Position numbers and translations under genes: made by a program
The notes under the pieces: model-generated
Told to the model about the DNA's origin: nothing
Database searches by the model: none
What the model saw: only the letters and a program-made list of their open reading frames with translations
DNA from: Thermoanaerobaculia bacterium
Lineage (GTDB): Bacteria; Acidobacteriota; Thermoanaerobaculia; Multivoradales; UBA5704
NCBI GenBank assembly: GCA_044226625.1
Contig: JBGAGQ010000056.1
Span: 1 to 44,958 of the forward strand
Length of the DNA stretch: 44,958 bases
Direction of reading: 5' to 3'
Shown here: positions 17,293 to 26,159 of the stretch, in pieces
Layout of the letters: each line of letters begins with the position of its first letter
How positions within the stretch are numbered: the stretch's first letter is position 1

Positions 17293-18213
17293 CTACCGCC
17301 CGCTCCCAATCTCCGTCTCCACCCGCTGCCCCAGCTTGAGCGGCGTCTTTTCGTCGAGCGCGATTTTCACGCGGAGGACGCGGATGTCGGTCGGGCGGCC
17401 GGGGTCCGAGGGTTGGAGGCGGCGGGCGACGACGGCGTCGGGGATTTCTTCGACCCGGCCTCGCCAGCTTTGGCCGTCGTAGCCTTCGGCGGTGACTTTC
17501 ACCGGGGCGCCCAAGGTGACGCGGCCGGCGTCGAATTCGTCGACTTCGACCTCGATGCGCAGGCGGTCGAGGTTCGCGACGGTCGCGATCGGATCTCCGA
17601 TCTTGAGGCTCTCACCCCGGTCGGCCGTTCGGGTGATCACGACGCCGTCGATGGGGGAGACGATGCGGCTTTTGGCGACGACGGCGGAAAGGCGGGAGAC
17701 GGCGGCTTTCTGGGTCCCGAGCCGGGCCTCCGCCGCTTGGACGTCGCGGCGGCTCTTGTCGACCGCCTGGGCGGTGCCGACGCCGGCTTCGAGCAGGTGC
17801 TCTTGCCGTTGGTTTTCCGACTGGGCGAGGCGCAGGTCGGCCTCCGCCTCGCCGATGCGACCCTGGGCTTCGAGGGTTTCGGCGCGCAGGTCGTCCGCTC
17901 GGATCTCGGCGAGGGTCTGCCCCTTCTTCACCCGATCGAGCTCCTCCACCGCGAGGCGAACCAGCGTGCCGGCGAGATCGGTGCCCACGACGACCTCGGC
18001 TCCCGGGTAGGTGACCACCCGCCCCTCAGCGGTGACGCGCGGCGCGGGAGCGTAGGCCGCTGCCGTGCTCGCCTTCGCTTCGGCTTGCCGGGTGGCGGCC
18101 GACGTGCCGCGGCCCCGAACCTGGGCGGCGACGGCGACCGCAAGGGCGAGGCCGAGCAGGGGCAGCAGGAGGCGCTTCCAGAGCGGGGTGGGGTAGGAGG
18201 ACGAGGCGTTCAT
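17293..18213 (-). CDS. HlyD-family periplasmic adaptor (membrane fusion protein)
   Basis: N-terminal anchor, V.AEGRV, GTLVRLAVEE.DRVKKGQ.LA lipoyl-like half, coiled hairpin, ISPIDGVV and LKLGQRVE. Confidence 0.9.
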   Translation of the reverse strand: MNASSSYPTPLWKRLLLPLLGLALAVAVAAQVRGRGTSAATRQAEAKASTAAAYAPAPRVTAEGRVVTYPGAEVVVGTDLAGTLVRLAVEELDRVKKGQTLAEIRADDLRAETLEAQGRIGEAEADLRLAQSENQRQEHLLEAGVGTAQAVDKSRRDVQAAEARLGTQKAAVSRLSAVVAKSRIVSPIDGVVITRTADRGESLKIGDPIATVANLDRLRIEVEVDEFDAGRVTLGAPVKVTAEGYDGQSWRGRVEEIPDAVVARRLQPSDPGRPTDIRVLRVKIALDEKTPLKLGQRVETEIGSGR

Positions 18214-18235
18214 CGAAGGTTCTCCCGCGCGCGAT

Positions 18236-18910
18236 CTAGTTTTCGAGAATCCGTCCGTCGCGGATCGAGAGGACCCGATCGACGATCGTTCGGACTTTGG
18301 GGTCGTGGGTGACGATCAGCAGCGCGCGGTTGCCCGATTTCGCGGCGTCGCGAAACATCTGGAGCACCTGGCTCCCGACCTGGGAATCGAGGTTGGCGGT
18401 CGGCTCGTCGGCGAGCAGAACGGGAGGGTCTCCGGCGAGCGCGCGGGCGATCGCGATGCGCTGCTTCTGGCCGCCCGAGAGATCGCGAGGCAGGAAGCTC
18501 TTTCGCTCCGAGAGCCCCACCGCTTCGATCAGCCGCTCGGCCTCGCGCTTCGCGCCCTTGCCGCCGATACCTTTCAAGTTCAAGGCGTATTCGACGTTCT
18601 CCGTCGCGGTGAGCGCCGGGAACAGGTTGAACTGTTGGAAGACGAAGCCGATCGCCCGGCGGCGGAGGGCGGGCAACCGGTCCGGCCGGCGCGAATCGAC
18701 CTCTTCGCCCGCGAGTCGCACCCGGCCGGAGGTCGGGGTGAGGATGCAGCCGAGGATCGAGAGCAGCGTGGTCTTGCCGGACCCCGACGGGCCCTCGAGG
18801 GCGACGATCTCGCCCGGCTCGACCGCGAGCGAGACGCCGTGGAGGACGGCGACCGATTCCTTGCCTTCGCGGAACTCTTTGGTGACGTCGTGCGCTTCGA
18901 GGACGCTCAT
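18236..18910 (-). CDS. ABC transporter ATP-binding protein (LolD/DevA-like)
   Basis: GPSGSGKTT, GFVFQQFNL, LSGGQKQR, LLADEPTANLD and VTHD. Confidence 0.95.
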   Translation of the reverse strand: MSVLEAHDVTKEFREGKESVAVLHGVSLAVEPGEIVALEGPSGSGKTTLLSILGCILTPTSGRVRLAGEEVDSRRPDRLPALRRRAIGFVFQQFNLFPALTATENVEYALNLKGIGGKGAKREAERLIEAVGLSERKSFLPRDLSGGQKQRIAIARALAGDPPVLLADEPTANLDSQVGSQVLQMFRDAAKSGNRALLIVTHDPKVRTIVDRVLSIRDGRILEN

Positions 18911-18939
18911 CGTTTCGTCTTCTTTCGTGGAAGGCCGGC

Positions 18940-20067
18940 TCAGGTTCGAAAGACCAGCGCGGGATCGATCGTCGCGACCTTGCGGAACGAGATCATCGCG
19001 GCCGCCAGGCAGAGCACGATCGTGCCGGCGAAGACGATGGCCGCGAACCCGGGCGGCAGGATCAGGCGCAGATCGATCTTCGCGAGCAGGGGCGAGAGCG
19101 CCCAGGTCTGCGCCGCGCCGACCAGGAATCCGGCGACCGCGGCGATCGTCGCCTGCTGGCCGAGGATGCCGTAGATCTGCCGGTTGCCGCCGCCGATCGC
19201 CTTGACCGTGCCGAACTCCTTGAGATGCTCCATGGTCGAGGTGTAGAGCGTCTGCGCGACGATCAGCACGCCGACCAGGCAGCCGAGCAGCACGGTCATC
19301 GCGAGGTTCAGTCCAAGCCCGGTGCTCTCGATCCAGTAGTCGCGGGAGCGGGTCGCCCACTCGTCCCTGGTGTAGACGTCGTTGTAGGGCAGACGCTTCC
19401 GGATCTCGTCCTTCACCGCCTCGCGGTCGACGCCGGGGGCGAGCTTCACCAGCGTGTAGGTGGTGTTGCCCGCGAGGGTGTCGGGATTGAGCTCCTGCGC
19501 CTGGTGGTAGTCGAGGAAGATGATCGGCGTGGTGCTGAACGACAGCGCCTCGCGCGAGGCGCCGATCAGCTTCATCCGCCGGTGGCCGATCTCGCGGTAC
19601 TCGCCGATCGAAAACTTGCCGAAGCGCTTTTCGGCCGAGCGGTCGAGGAAGAAGTAGCGCCCGCGCTTCAGGTCTTCGAGATTGCCTGACTCGACGTTCC
19701 AGGGCAGTCCCCAGCGCCGGAAATCCTCGAGCGCGTAGAGGAGCGTTCCCTCTTGCGAGCCGCTCGGCAGCACCAGGGTGATGAACCAGACGATCAGGTT
19801 GTCGGCCCGCGCGACGCCGGGCACCGAGCGGACGCGCTGGAGATAGGTCTCGGGGAAGGTGTGCGCGAAGTCGACGTTCGGCGTGTTCCTCGACGTCACC
19901 CAGAGGTCGGCGTCGATGTGCCGGATCGTCACGGAGGCGTTGTCGAGCAACCCCATGAACAGGCCGACCTGCAGGAAGACGAGCGTGACGGCGAAGGCGA
20001 CGCCGATCACGGTGATCGCGAAGCGGAGCTTGTCGTAGAGCAGGTTTTTGAGCGCGAGGTTGACCAT
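18940..20067 (-). CDS. ABC transporter permease (DevC/FtsX-like)
   Basis: MVNLALKNLL.DKLRF, ADLWV, HLKEFGTVKAIG and IDPALVFR. Confidence 0.9.
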   Translation of the reverse strand: MVNLALKNLLYDKLRFAITVIGVAFAVTLVFLQVGLFMGLLDNASVTIRHIDADLWVTSRNTPNVDFAHTFPETYLQRVRSVPGVARADNLIVWFITLVLPSGSQEGTLLYALEDFRRWGLPWNVESGNLEDLKRGRYFFLDRSAEKRFGKFSIGEYREIGHRRMKLIGASREALSFSTTPIIFLDYHQAQELNPDTLAGNTTYTLVKLAPGVDREAVKDEIRKRLPYNDVYTRDEWATRSRDYWIESTGLGLNLAMTVLLGCLVGVLIVAQTLYTSTMEHLKEFGTVKAIGGGNRQIYGILGQQATIAAVAGFLVGAAQTWALSPLLAKIDLRLILPPGFAAIVFAGTIVLCLAAAMISFRKVATIDPALVFRT

Positions 20068-20084
20068 CGCCGTCTCCCGAAACC

Positions 20085-20729
20085 CTACGCCCGTCCCGCG
20101 GTGAGCCCGTCGAGCATCGAATCGATCAGCAGCTTCGCGGTCTTCTTCGCGGGCTTCCACGCGACCCATTCGTCGCCGCCGAGCGCGATGTGGAGCGAGG
20201 CGACGCCATGGACCGCTGCCCAGAGCGATTGGGCGATCAGGTCGGCATCGGAATGCTCGGAGCGGAGCGAGCCGCGCTCGATCGCCTCGGCGACCGTGCC
20301 GAGCAGGAACGCGTAGGCGTCCTCTTCGGGATTGCCCTTGCGGATCGCGCACTCCGTCTCGTCGCCTTCGGCCTCCCGCTCCGGATGCGACTGCATGAAC
20401 ATCAGCCGGTAGTGATTCGGGTGCTCCAGCGCGAACTCGACGTAGGCGAGACCGGCCGCGCGCAGCCGATCGAGAGGGTCTTCGATTCTCGCGATGCGCT
20501 GGAGCTTCTTGGCGAGAGCGAGGAAATCGTGGTCGCACAGCTCCTGCACGACCGCGCGTTTGTCCTTGAAGTGGAGATAGATCGCGGTCGGAGAGTACTC
20601 GATCCGCTCGGCGATCTTGCGCATCGTTACAGCCTCGTAGCCCTGCTCGACGAACAGCTCGCGCGCGGCGTCGAGGATCTTCGCCCGCAGCTCCTCGCGC
20701 TCCCGTTCTCTCCGTTCTTTGGTTCCCAT
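20085..20729 (-). CDS. TetR/AcrR family transcriptional regulator (WHG-type C-terminus)
   Basis: ILDAARELF..GYEAVTMRKIA.RIEYSPTAIYLHFKDK and WAAVHG. Confidence 0.95.
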   Translation of the reverse strand: MGTKERREREREELRAKILDAARELFVEQGYEAVTMRKIAERIEYSPTAIYLHFKDKRAVVQELCDHDFLALAKKLQRIARIEDPLDRLRAAGLAYVEFALEHPNHYRLMFMQSHPEREAEGDETECAIRKGNPEEDAYAFLLGTVAEAIERGSLRSEHSDADLIAQSLWAAVHGVASLHIALGGDEWVAWKPAKKTAKLLIDSMLDGLTAGRA

Positions 20730-20757
20730 GGGTCGGCCGTCCTGAACGCGACTCGGT

Positions 20758-20801
20758 TAGTTAACGGCGTTAATCTAGCGAGGCGCGTTTCGGCCTGTCA
20801 A
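20758..20801 (-). promoter_or_regulatory. Sigma70-type promoter with overlapping TetR operator
   Basis: On the minus strand TTGACA (20801-20796), 18 bp, TAGATT (20777-20772). Dyad TTAAC-GGC-GTTAA at 20761-20773 lies over the expected start site. Confidence 0.75.
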
Positions 20802-20814
20802 GGGGAGGGCAAAC

Positions 20815-20844
20815 AAAAAGGCGATCCTCGCGGATCGCCTTTTT
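20815..20844. terminator. Intrinsic terminator (bidirectional form)
   Basis: aaaaa-ggcgatcc-tcgc-ggatcgcc-ttttt. Confidence 0.9.
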
Positions 20845-20894
20845 CTGAAGCGGCACCCTTCAGGTTGCCGTTCGGGTCTCTGGGGCCGGCCGGT

Positions 20895-21584
20895 TCAGTT
20901 CGACGGAAACCCCGGCGGCAGCGGCGGCGAGAACGGCGGCGGCGCCACGTAGGTGTTGTGGTAGTACCAGGTGATCTTCCAGAACGGATGCTGTTGCTGG
21001 CCGTCGCCCGAGGGACGGGTCGGATCGTTGATGGTCTCCCGGCGGTCGGGCGAATAGCCGACGACGGCGCCCTGGAGGTAACCGACCCAGATCGGCGCGT
21101 CGTTGAGCGCCTGGACGTCGGTGATCTCGACCTCGGTCGGCTCTCCGTTGCGCCCGGAGGTCGAGCCGCCGAGATCGCCGGGGCGGTTGGCGAAGTACCA
21201 GATCAGCGCGTCGCGCAGCACCGAGCGGGCCTCGTTGCCCGGGCCGATCCAGCGCTTGAACCGGGTGCCCGTCGTATTCGGGCCCCAGCGGAGCTCGTAG
21301 GCCGCGCGCACCACGGGGTCGGAGAGGTTCAGGTAGTAGGGATCCGGATGGGCGCCGACCGCGCCGGGGTCGGCGGAGAAGACGGCGCTGTACCGTTGGA
21401 GAGGGCTGGTCAAGGTGTCGAGCTGGTAGATCGACACCGTATAGCCGCGGACCTGCGGGTTGTAGCCGACGCCGGGAATCGGCGCCGCCACCGCTTGGCC
21501 GGACTTCGAGGCCGCCGCACCGGCGGCCGGGAGGCACAGCGCGAGCAGGGCGGCCGATAGCGGGACGAGGCGGGTCAAACGCAT
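20895..21584 (-). CDS. Secreted hypothetical protein
   Basis: AGAAAGGA RBS, signal peptide MRLTRLVPLSAALLALCLPAAGA, aromatic-rich mature part, Pro-rich tail, and its own terminator. Confidence 0.8.
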   Translation of the reverse strand: MRLTRLVPLSAALLALCLPAAGAAASKSGQAVAAPIPGVGYNPQVRGYTVSIYQLDTLTSPLQRYSAVFSADPGAVGAHPDPYYLNLSDPVVRAAYELRWGPNTTGTRFKRWIGPGNEARSVLRDALIWYFANRPGDLGGSTSGRNGEPTEVEITDVQALNDAPIWVGYLQGAVVGYSPDRRETINDPTRPSGDGQQQHPFWKITWYYHNTYVAPPPFSPPLPPGFPSN

Positions 21585-22049
21585 CGAGGTTCCTTTCTGA
21601 CTTGGGTGAAACCACCCGATCATCTCACACCCGTCGCCCCTCTCCTCGCCGAGGAGCGATGCGCGCCGTGGAGGGTTTCGGGTCCGACGGAGCCGATCGG
21701 CCAGCTCCCGAGGCGCCGAGAGCGCGCGGCAAGGAGCCTTGAGGGCTCCGTCGGACCGATTCGCTGGGAAGTGGCCGAATCCGGACAATCGTTCGGGTCG
21801 ACCGAAACTTAGGGACGCTATACCGGTCATCTTCGGCGCAAGGTTGCCCGAAGGGGTGACGCGAGCGCTTTGTCCGCCTACGAAACGCTCCGCGCCATCG
21901 TCTAGGGGAAAGTGGATTCCTTCGGAAAAAGCGCGTTTGGGCATCCCATTTCGAGCCGGTTCCTGGCAGACTCTCCGTCATCTTTTGAGCGCTCGGGGCT
22001 GGGAGCTCATCTCGACCTTCCACTCGCCCCGCGCCGTATGGAGATCGAC

Positions 22050-22304
22050 ATGCCGCCGAGAGGATCCGTGGCCGCTCGCCCCCTCGCCTTCATCCTGTTG
22101 ACCCTTTTCCTGCTCACCTCGCCCGCGTTCGCCGCGCCACGGTTCGACGAGGTCGGATTCGGCCGCCTGGCGATCCTCTGGTCGCGCCTGGTCGACCGCG
22201 TCACCCACCTCTGGTCCAACGATTTGCTTCCCCCGCCCGGCTCGGGCGGTGGCGGATCGGGTACGAGCCTCGATCCGAGCGGTCTGCGTCGCCCGGTCGG
22301 TTAG
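22050..22304 (+). CDS. Small secreted peptide precursor (84 aa) ending ...GSGTSLDPSG...
   Basis: GGAG RBS, signal peptide ending SPAFA/A, Trp-containing amphipathic helix, Pro/Gly linker and DPSG motif. Alternative starts are 22038 and 22068. Confidence 0.7.
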   Translation: MPPRGSVAARPLAFILLTLFLLTSPAFAAPRFDEVGFGRLAILWSRLVDRVTHLWSNDLLPPPGSGGGGSGTSLDPSGLRRPVG

Positions 22305-22437
22305 CGGGCTTCGGTCCGCGGGGCGAGATTTCTAAAGAAGTCTCGTCACCGCGGGCCGAAATGTGCGAGAATTCTGTCGACGTCTTTACAACCAAGAGCG
22401 ATCCTTCTCCATGCCTTTCGCTAGAACCGGTTTCGCC

Positions 22438-23793
22438 ATGGCGCATCCAAAGCCTTCGGATCTGGGGGCCTTCGTCCGCGGTGAGCTGTCGGGAACCGAG
22501 CGACGGGACGTCCTTCGCCACCTCCTCGCGGGTTGTCGCCAGTGCCGCCAAAGGGCGAGCGAGCTCGCGGCGCCCCTGTTCGAAGTTTCGGCCCGCAAGG
22601 CGCCGGCCGGCGGGGTCGACGCCTACGACGCGGCGCTGCGGCGGGTCGCGCGGGCGTTCTCCGGCATGGCGCTCGAGCCCCGGGGCGCCTCGTCGGGCCG
22701 CGCCGCGGAGCTGCCGGCGAGCGGCGCACGGCGGATCCGGCGTCCCGAGGCGACTCCGGGTCGTTCGAAATCCCCCGGACCGGAGGAGCTCAAGGCGCGC
22801 GCCCAGAGCTGGCTCCAACGCGCCAGGATGCTGCGCTACGCCGATCCCGAGCGGATGCGCGCCGCCGCGGCGGTCGCCGTACTGCTCTCCGAGCGGATTC
22901 CGCAGCACGCGTTTCCGCCGGGCGTGGCGGCCGACCTCTGCGCGCTCTCCTGGGCGGAGCTCGCGAACGGTCGTCGATTGGTGGGCGATCATCGGGGCGC
23001 CGAGCGGGCCTTCTCGCGGGCCATCCATTGGATCGACCGCGGCTCGGGCGACCTACATCCACTCGCCGAGATCGCCGAGCTGGTGACCTCGCTGGAGATC
23101 GACACGCGCCGCTTCACCGCGGCCGAGAAGCTGCTCGACCGCATCGTCGTCGCCTACCGCGCCCTCGGCGAACCACATTGCGCCGGCCGGACGCTGATCC
23201 GGCGCGGCGTTCTGCTCGGCTATCGCGGCGAGGGCAACGCGGCGGTGCGCCAGATCGCCGAGGGGCACTCGCTGCTCGATCCGGGGCGGGATGCCCGCCT
23301 GGCGCTGGTCGTCGTGCACGGCCTCGTGAGCCGCCTGGCGGACGCCGGCCGCTTCGAGCTGGCCTCCGAGATCCTGCGCGACGGAGCGTCCCTGTACGAA
23401 ACCTACGCCGAGCCGATCGACCGGATCAAAGTCGCCTGGACCCGGGGGCGGATCGAGATCGGCATGGGACGTCTCGATAAGGGGGAGAAGTACCTTCGCG
23501 AGGGGAGTCGAGGCTTCCGCGACCGGGGCATGCCCTATTTCGCGGCGCTCGTCGCGCTCGACCTCGCGGCGCTCCATTTGAAGCAGGGAAGGACGAGTGA
23601 GGTCGCCCGCTCGATCGCCGATCTGCTCGCCGAGTTCCGCGCGTTGGGGATCCGACGCGAAGCGATCGCCTGCCTGATGATCCTCGAACGGGCGGTCGCA
23701 ACCGAACGGGCCACCGAACGCCTGGTGTCGCGGATCGCCTCGCGTTTGAGCCGGTTCACCGCGCCTTCGCCGGCGGCGGTGCCGGCCGCCTGA
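22438..23793 (+). CDS. TPR-like helical repeat protein with N-terminal zf-HC2-like motif
   Basis: HPKPSDL..F..GEL...ERR.V.RHLLAGCRQC, WAELANGRRL.G....AE.AF, and A..ALDLA.L.L.QGRT.E...F.ALGI.REA.A.L. Confidence 0.8.
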   Translation: MAHPKPSDLGAFVRGELSGTERRDVLRHLLAGCRQCRQRASELAAPLFEVSARKAPAGGVDAYDAALRRVARAFSGMALEPRGASSGRAAELPASGARRIRRPEATPGRSKSPGPEELKARAQSWLQRARMLRYADPERMRAAAAVAVLLSERIPQHAFPPGVAADLCALSWAELANGRRLVGDHRGAERAFSRAIHWIDRGSGDLHPLAEIAELVTSLEIDTRRFTAAEKLLDRIVVAYRALGEPHCAGRTLIRRGVLLGYRGEGNAAVRQIAEGHSLLDPGRDARLALVVVHGLVSRLADAGRFELASEILRDGASLYETYAEPIDRIKVAWTRGRIEIGMGRLDKGEKYLREGSRGFRDRGMPYFAALVALDLAALHLKQGRTSEVARSIADLLAEFRALGIRREAIACLMILERAVATERATERLVSRIASRLSRFTAPSPAAVPAA

Positions 23794-23811
23794 CGAGCGG
23801 CTCTCCAAACC

Positions 23812-23839
23812 CCACGACGGCGGGAGCCTGCCGTCGTGG
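23812..23839. terminator. Hairpin between convergent genes
   Basis: ccacgacggcggg-ag-cctgccgtcgtgg. Confidence 0.6.
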
Positions 23840-23875
23840 CCCCCGTTCCTGCTCTCCTTCGTGACGTTTCGACGG

Positions 23876-24280
23876 TTACGCGCCGCTCGGCTTCGTGCCG
23901 CGGCCGCCGCTCGGTTTGTTCGCTTGCCCGCCGGTCTTCTTCAGACGATCGACCTCTGAGCGGACGATCTCTCGCACCCTGCGATCGAGATCCGGCTCCT
24001 CGGGGGCGTCGGCGTACAGAGCGCCGGCGCCTCGATCGCTCTTGGCCGACTCCGCCAGGCGATCGAGCATCCCCTCGACGATCGGCAGGTGCTGCGTCCC
24101 CTCGCCTTCCCGCCCTTCGAAGGCGGCGACGAACTCCTCCGCCTCGAGGCCGAGCCCGGCCAGAAAACGCCTTGCCCGCCGGATCTCGACCGCGGTCGCT
24201 GGGGCCTCCCCCAGAGCGTCGGTTTCGCGGAGCAACCGAGCGAGGGAGGCCAGGGCCTCGTTTTTACTCTTTTTTGCCAT
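23876..24280 (-). CDS. Small protein, apparent degenerate paralog of the HTH protein at 42090-42581
   Basis: VEIRRARRFLAGLGLEAEEFVAAF parallels IDLKVRHVFEILEVAETYPEDFFGALF. Similar C-terminal helix and basic tail, and the same position convergent on a TPR gene. Confidence 0.6.
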   Translation of the reverse strand: MAKKSKNEALASLARLLRETDALGEAPATAVEIRRARRFLAGLGLEAEEFVAAFEGREGEGTQHLPIVEGMLDRLAESAKSDRGAGALYADAPEEPDLDRRVREIVRSEVDRLKKTGGQANKPSGGRGTKPSGA

Positions 24281-24339
24281 CGGCGAGCGCGAACTCTAGA
24301 CGATCCGTCCCGCCGATTCACCCCTCGCGCGAAACATGG

Positions 24340-25989
24340 TCAAGGGTCGGCGATCGGTGCGGTCCAGATCCCCTCGCGCTGGCCTGAGCGGCGATCGGTC
24401 CACGACGGAAAGAACTTGCCCATGAAGCCGGACAGGCTGTTGTAGTCGCCATACTGGTTGCCCAGGTCGGCTCCGCCGCCGGTCTCGTCGGTGCGCGCGG
24501 TGGTGACCTTGAGGGGCGCGCTCCAGGTTGTCCCGTCGTTGGCCGAGCCCTGGTACCAGAGGTTGGTGCTCTTCCGTGTCGCGTCGCCCACGGTGTCGTA
24601 ATAGATGACGCCGATCCTGCCGTTCGTCTCGTCGACCGCGAGCCACTGGTTGAACTGGTCGGTCTTGCCGGCGCGGTTGTTGATCATCCTCGGCGCCGAC
24701 CAGGTGGCGCCGCCGTCGGTCGAGCGGGCGAACCAGATCCGCGTCTTGCAGGCCGAGGCCGCGTTGTTGCCGGGCTCGTTCGCGGGCGAGCGGCAGCCGG
24801 AGGCTCCCGAGAGGTCGGTCCACGCAGCGTAGACGTTGTTCTTCGCGGCGGTGCGGTAGGCGCCGCCCGAGACGTAGATCAGCGCCCGGCGGTTGTTGAA
24901 CGAGGGAATCCCGATGTCGTAGCCGTCGAAGGTCGAGCCGATCTGCACCGGGCGGGCGAACGAAGCGCCGCCGTTCGTCGACTTGGCGACGAAGACCTTC
25001 CGGTTGTCGGTGGTTGGCCAGAACGCGAAGACGTGCCCCGCGGAGTTGGTCTTGACGTCGCCGCCGATCGCGGTGCCTCCGGTCTCCGAGCCGCTTACCC
25101 GGACCGGCGGCTTCCAGCCGGTCGAGGTCCGCCGGGCGACGAAGGCCGGATCGCCGTTGTGCCAGATGACGTAGACGTTGTTCTTGAACGGCGACGACGC
25201 GCTGTGGTCGACCCATTGGATCTGCTTGTCCGCCCCGGTGTGGTTGCCCGAGACCGTGCCGTCGAAGAGCCAGGTGGCGCCGCCGTCGGTCGAGCGGAAG
25301 GAGTGGATGCGGAGCATCGTGGCGCTGTTGTTGATTCCGATCGTCGTCGACCAGGCGACGCCGTCCGAGGTCCAGTCGACGGTGGGGTCGGAGTTGAACG
25401 CGTCGCCCGCGACCAGCGGCAGCGTCGTCTGGCCCCAGGTGGCGCCGCCGGTGGAGGAGTAGAACTGCGACTGGCGGCCGCTCCCTTCCAGATTGTTCGC
25501 CGCGGCGACGATCTGCTTCGGATTCTTGAAGTTGATCCGGATGTCGGACTCGCTGCGACGTCCCGAGGGGCCCGAGATCAAGACGTTCGCTCCGGTCGAA
25601 GCCCGGAGCGGCGGCTCCTGTCGGTCGGCTTCGCGACGGCCGCGCTCGAGATTCGGATGGTGGCGCATCCACTCGGCCGCCTCTTTGAGGACGAGAGGGT
25701 AGCCCCCGGTCGGATCGGTCGCGGAATAGCGCCCTTCCGGATGCGCCTCGCGCCAAGCCGCGCGCAGCCAGAGGGGGATCGGCAGGCGATCGTTCGCCTC
25801 CTCCCGGCGAAGGGCCGAGAAGTCCTGGTGCTTGCGGATGAAGCTCTCGAGCGCACTCCCTTTCGGGGCGCCGGCCGCGGCGAGCTGCGATTCGATCGTC
25901 GGCGGCGAGAGCGGGAGCGCCCCGGCCAGGGGCGCGGAGAGGGCGAAGAGAACGAGAGTCCGACGGAGGGTCTGAGACGATCGGCGCAT
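24340..25989 (-). CDS. Secreted sialidase-family / BNR Asp-box beta-propeller protein
   Basis: Signal peptide, repeated S.DGG.TW Asp boxes, and QYGDYN. Confidence 0.85.
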   Translation of the reverse strand: MRRSSQTLRRTLVLFALSAPLAGALPLSPPTIESQLAAAGAPKGSALESFIRKHQDFSALRREEANDRLPIPLWLRAAWREAHPEGRYSATDPTGGYPLVLKEAAEWMRHHPNLERGRREADRQEPPLRASTGANVLISGPSGRRSESDIRINFKNPKQIVAAANNLEGSGRQSQFYSSTGGATWGQTTLPLVAGDAFNSDPTVDWTSDGVAWSTTIGINNSATMLRIHSFRSTDGGATWLFDGTVSGNHTGADKQIQWVDHSASSPFKNNVYVIWHNGDPAFVARRTSTGWKPPVRVSGSETGGTAIGGDVKTNSAGHVFAFWPTTDNRKVFVAKSTNGGASFARPVQIGSTFDGYDIGIPSFNNRRALIYVSGGAYRTAAKNNVYAAWTDLSGASGCRSPANEPGNNAASACKTRIWFARSTDGGATWSAPRMINNRAGKTDQFNQWLAVDETNGRIGVIYYDTVGDATRKSTNLWYQGSANDGTTWSAPLKVTTARTDETGGGADLGNQYGDYNSLSGFMGKFFPSWTDRRSGQREGIWTAPIADP

Positions 25990-26097
25990 GGAGTGGGGTT
26001 CCTCCTTGGCTGGAACTTATCAAACCGGGGACGTCGGGGAAAACGCGCGAGCGAAAGCGTGGGAAACCCGGAACAACGCGGCCCCGAAAAGCCGAAA

Positions 26098-26127
26098 CGG
26101 CCGCGGACGCTCGCGCGTCCGCGGCCG
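26098..26127 (-). terminator. Hairpin downstream of the 964-aa gene
   Basis: cggccgcggacgc-tcgc-gcgtccgcggccg, with a short T run following on the minus strand. Confidence 0.65.
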
Positions 26128-26159
26128 CTCGGTGACGAGGGCTTACGGCCGGTGGAGCC

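Noticed and set aside
22050-22304. Lasso peptide or other RiPP precursor
   Set aside because: It has a Sec-type signal peptide, and no cyclase, RRE, radical SAM or other maturase lies nearby.
22438-22560. Classical ECF anti-sigma factor
   Set aside because: The motif spacing is H-x4-C-x2-C, there is no TM helix, and no ECF sigma gene is adjacent. Retained only as zf-HC2-like.
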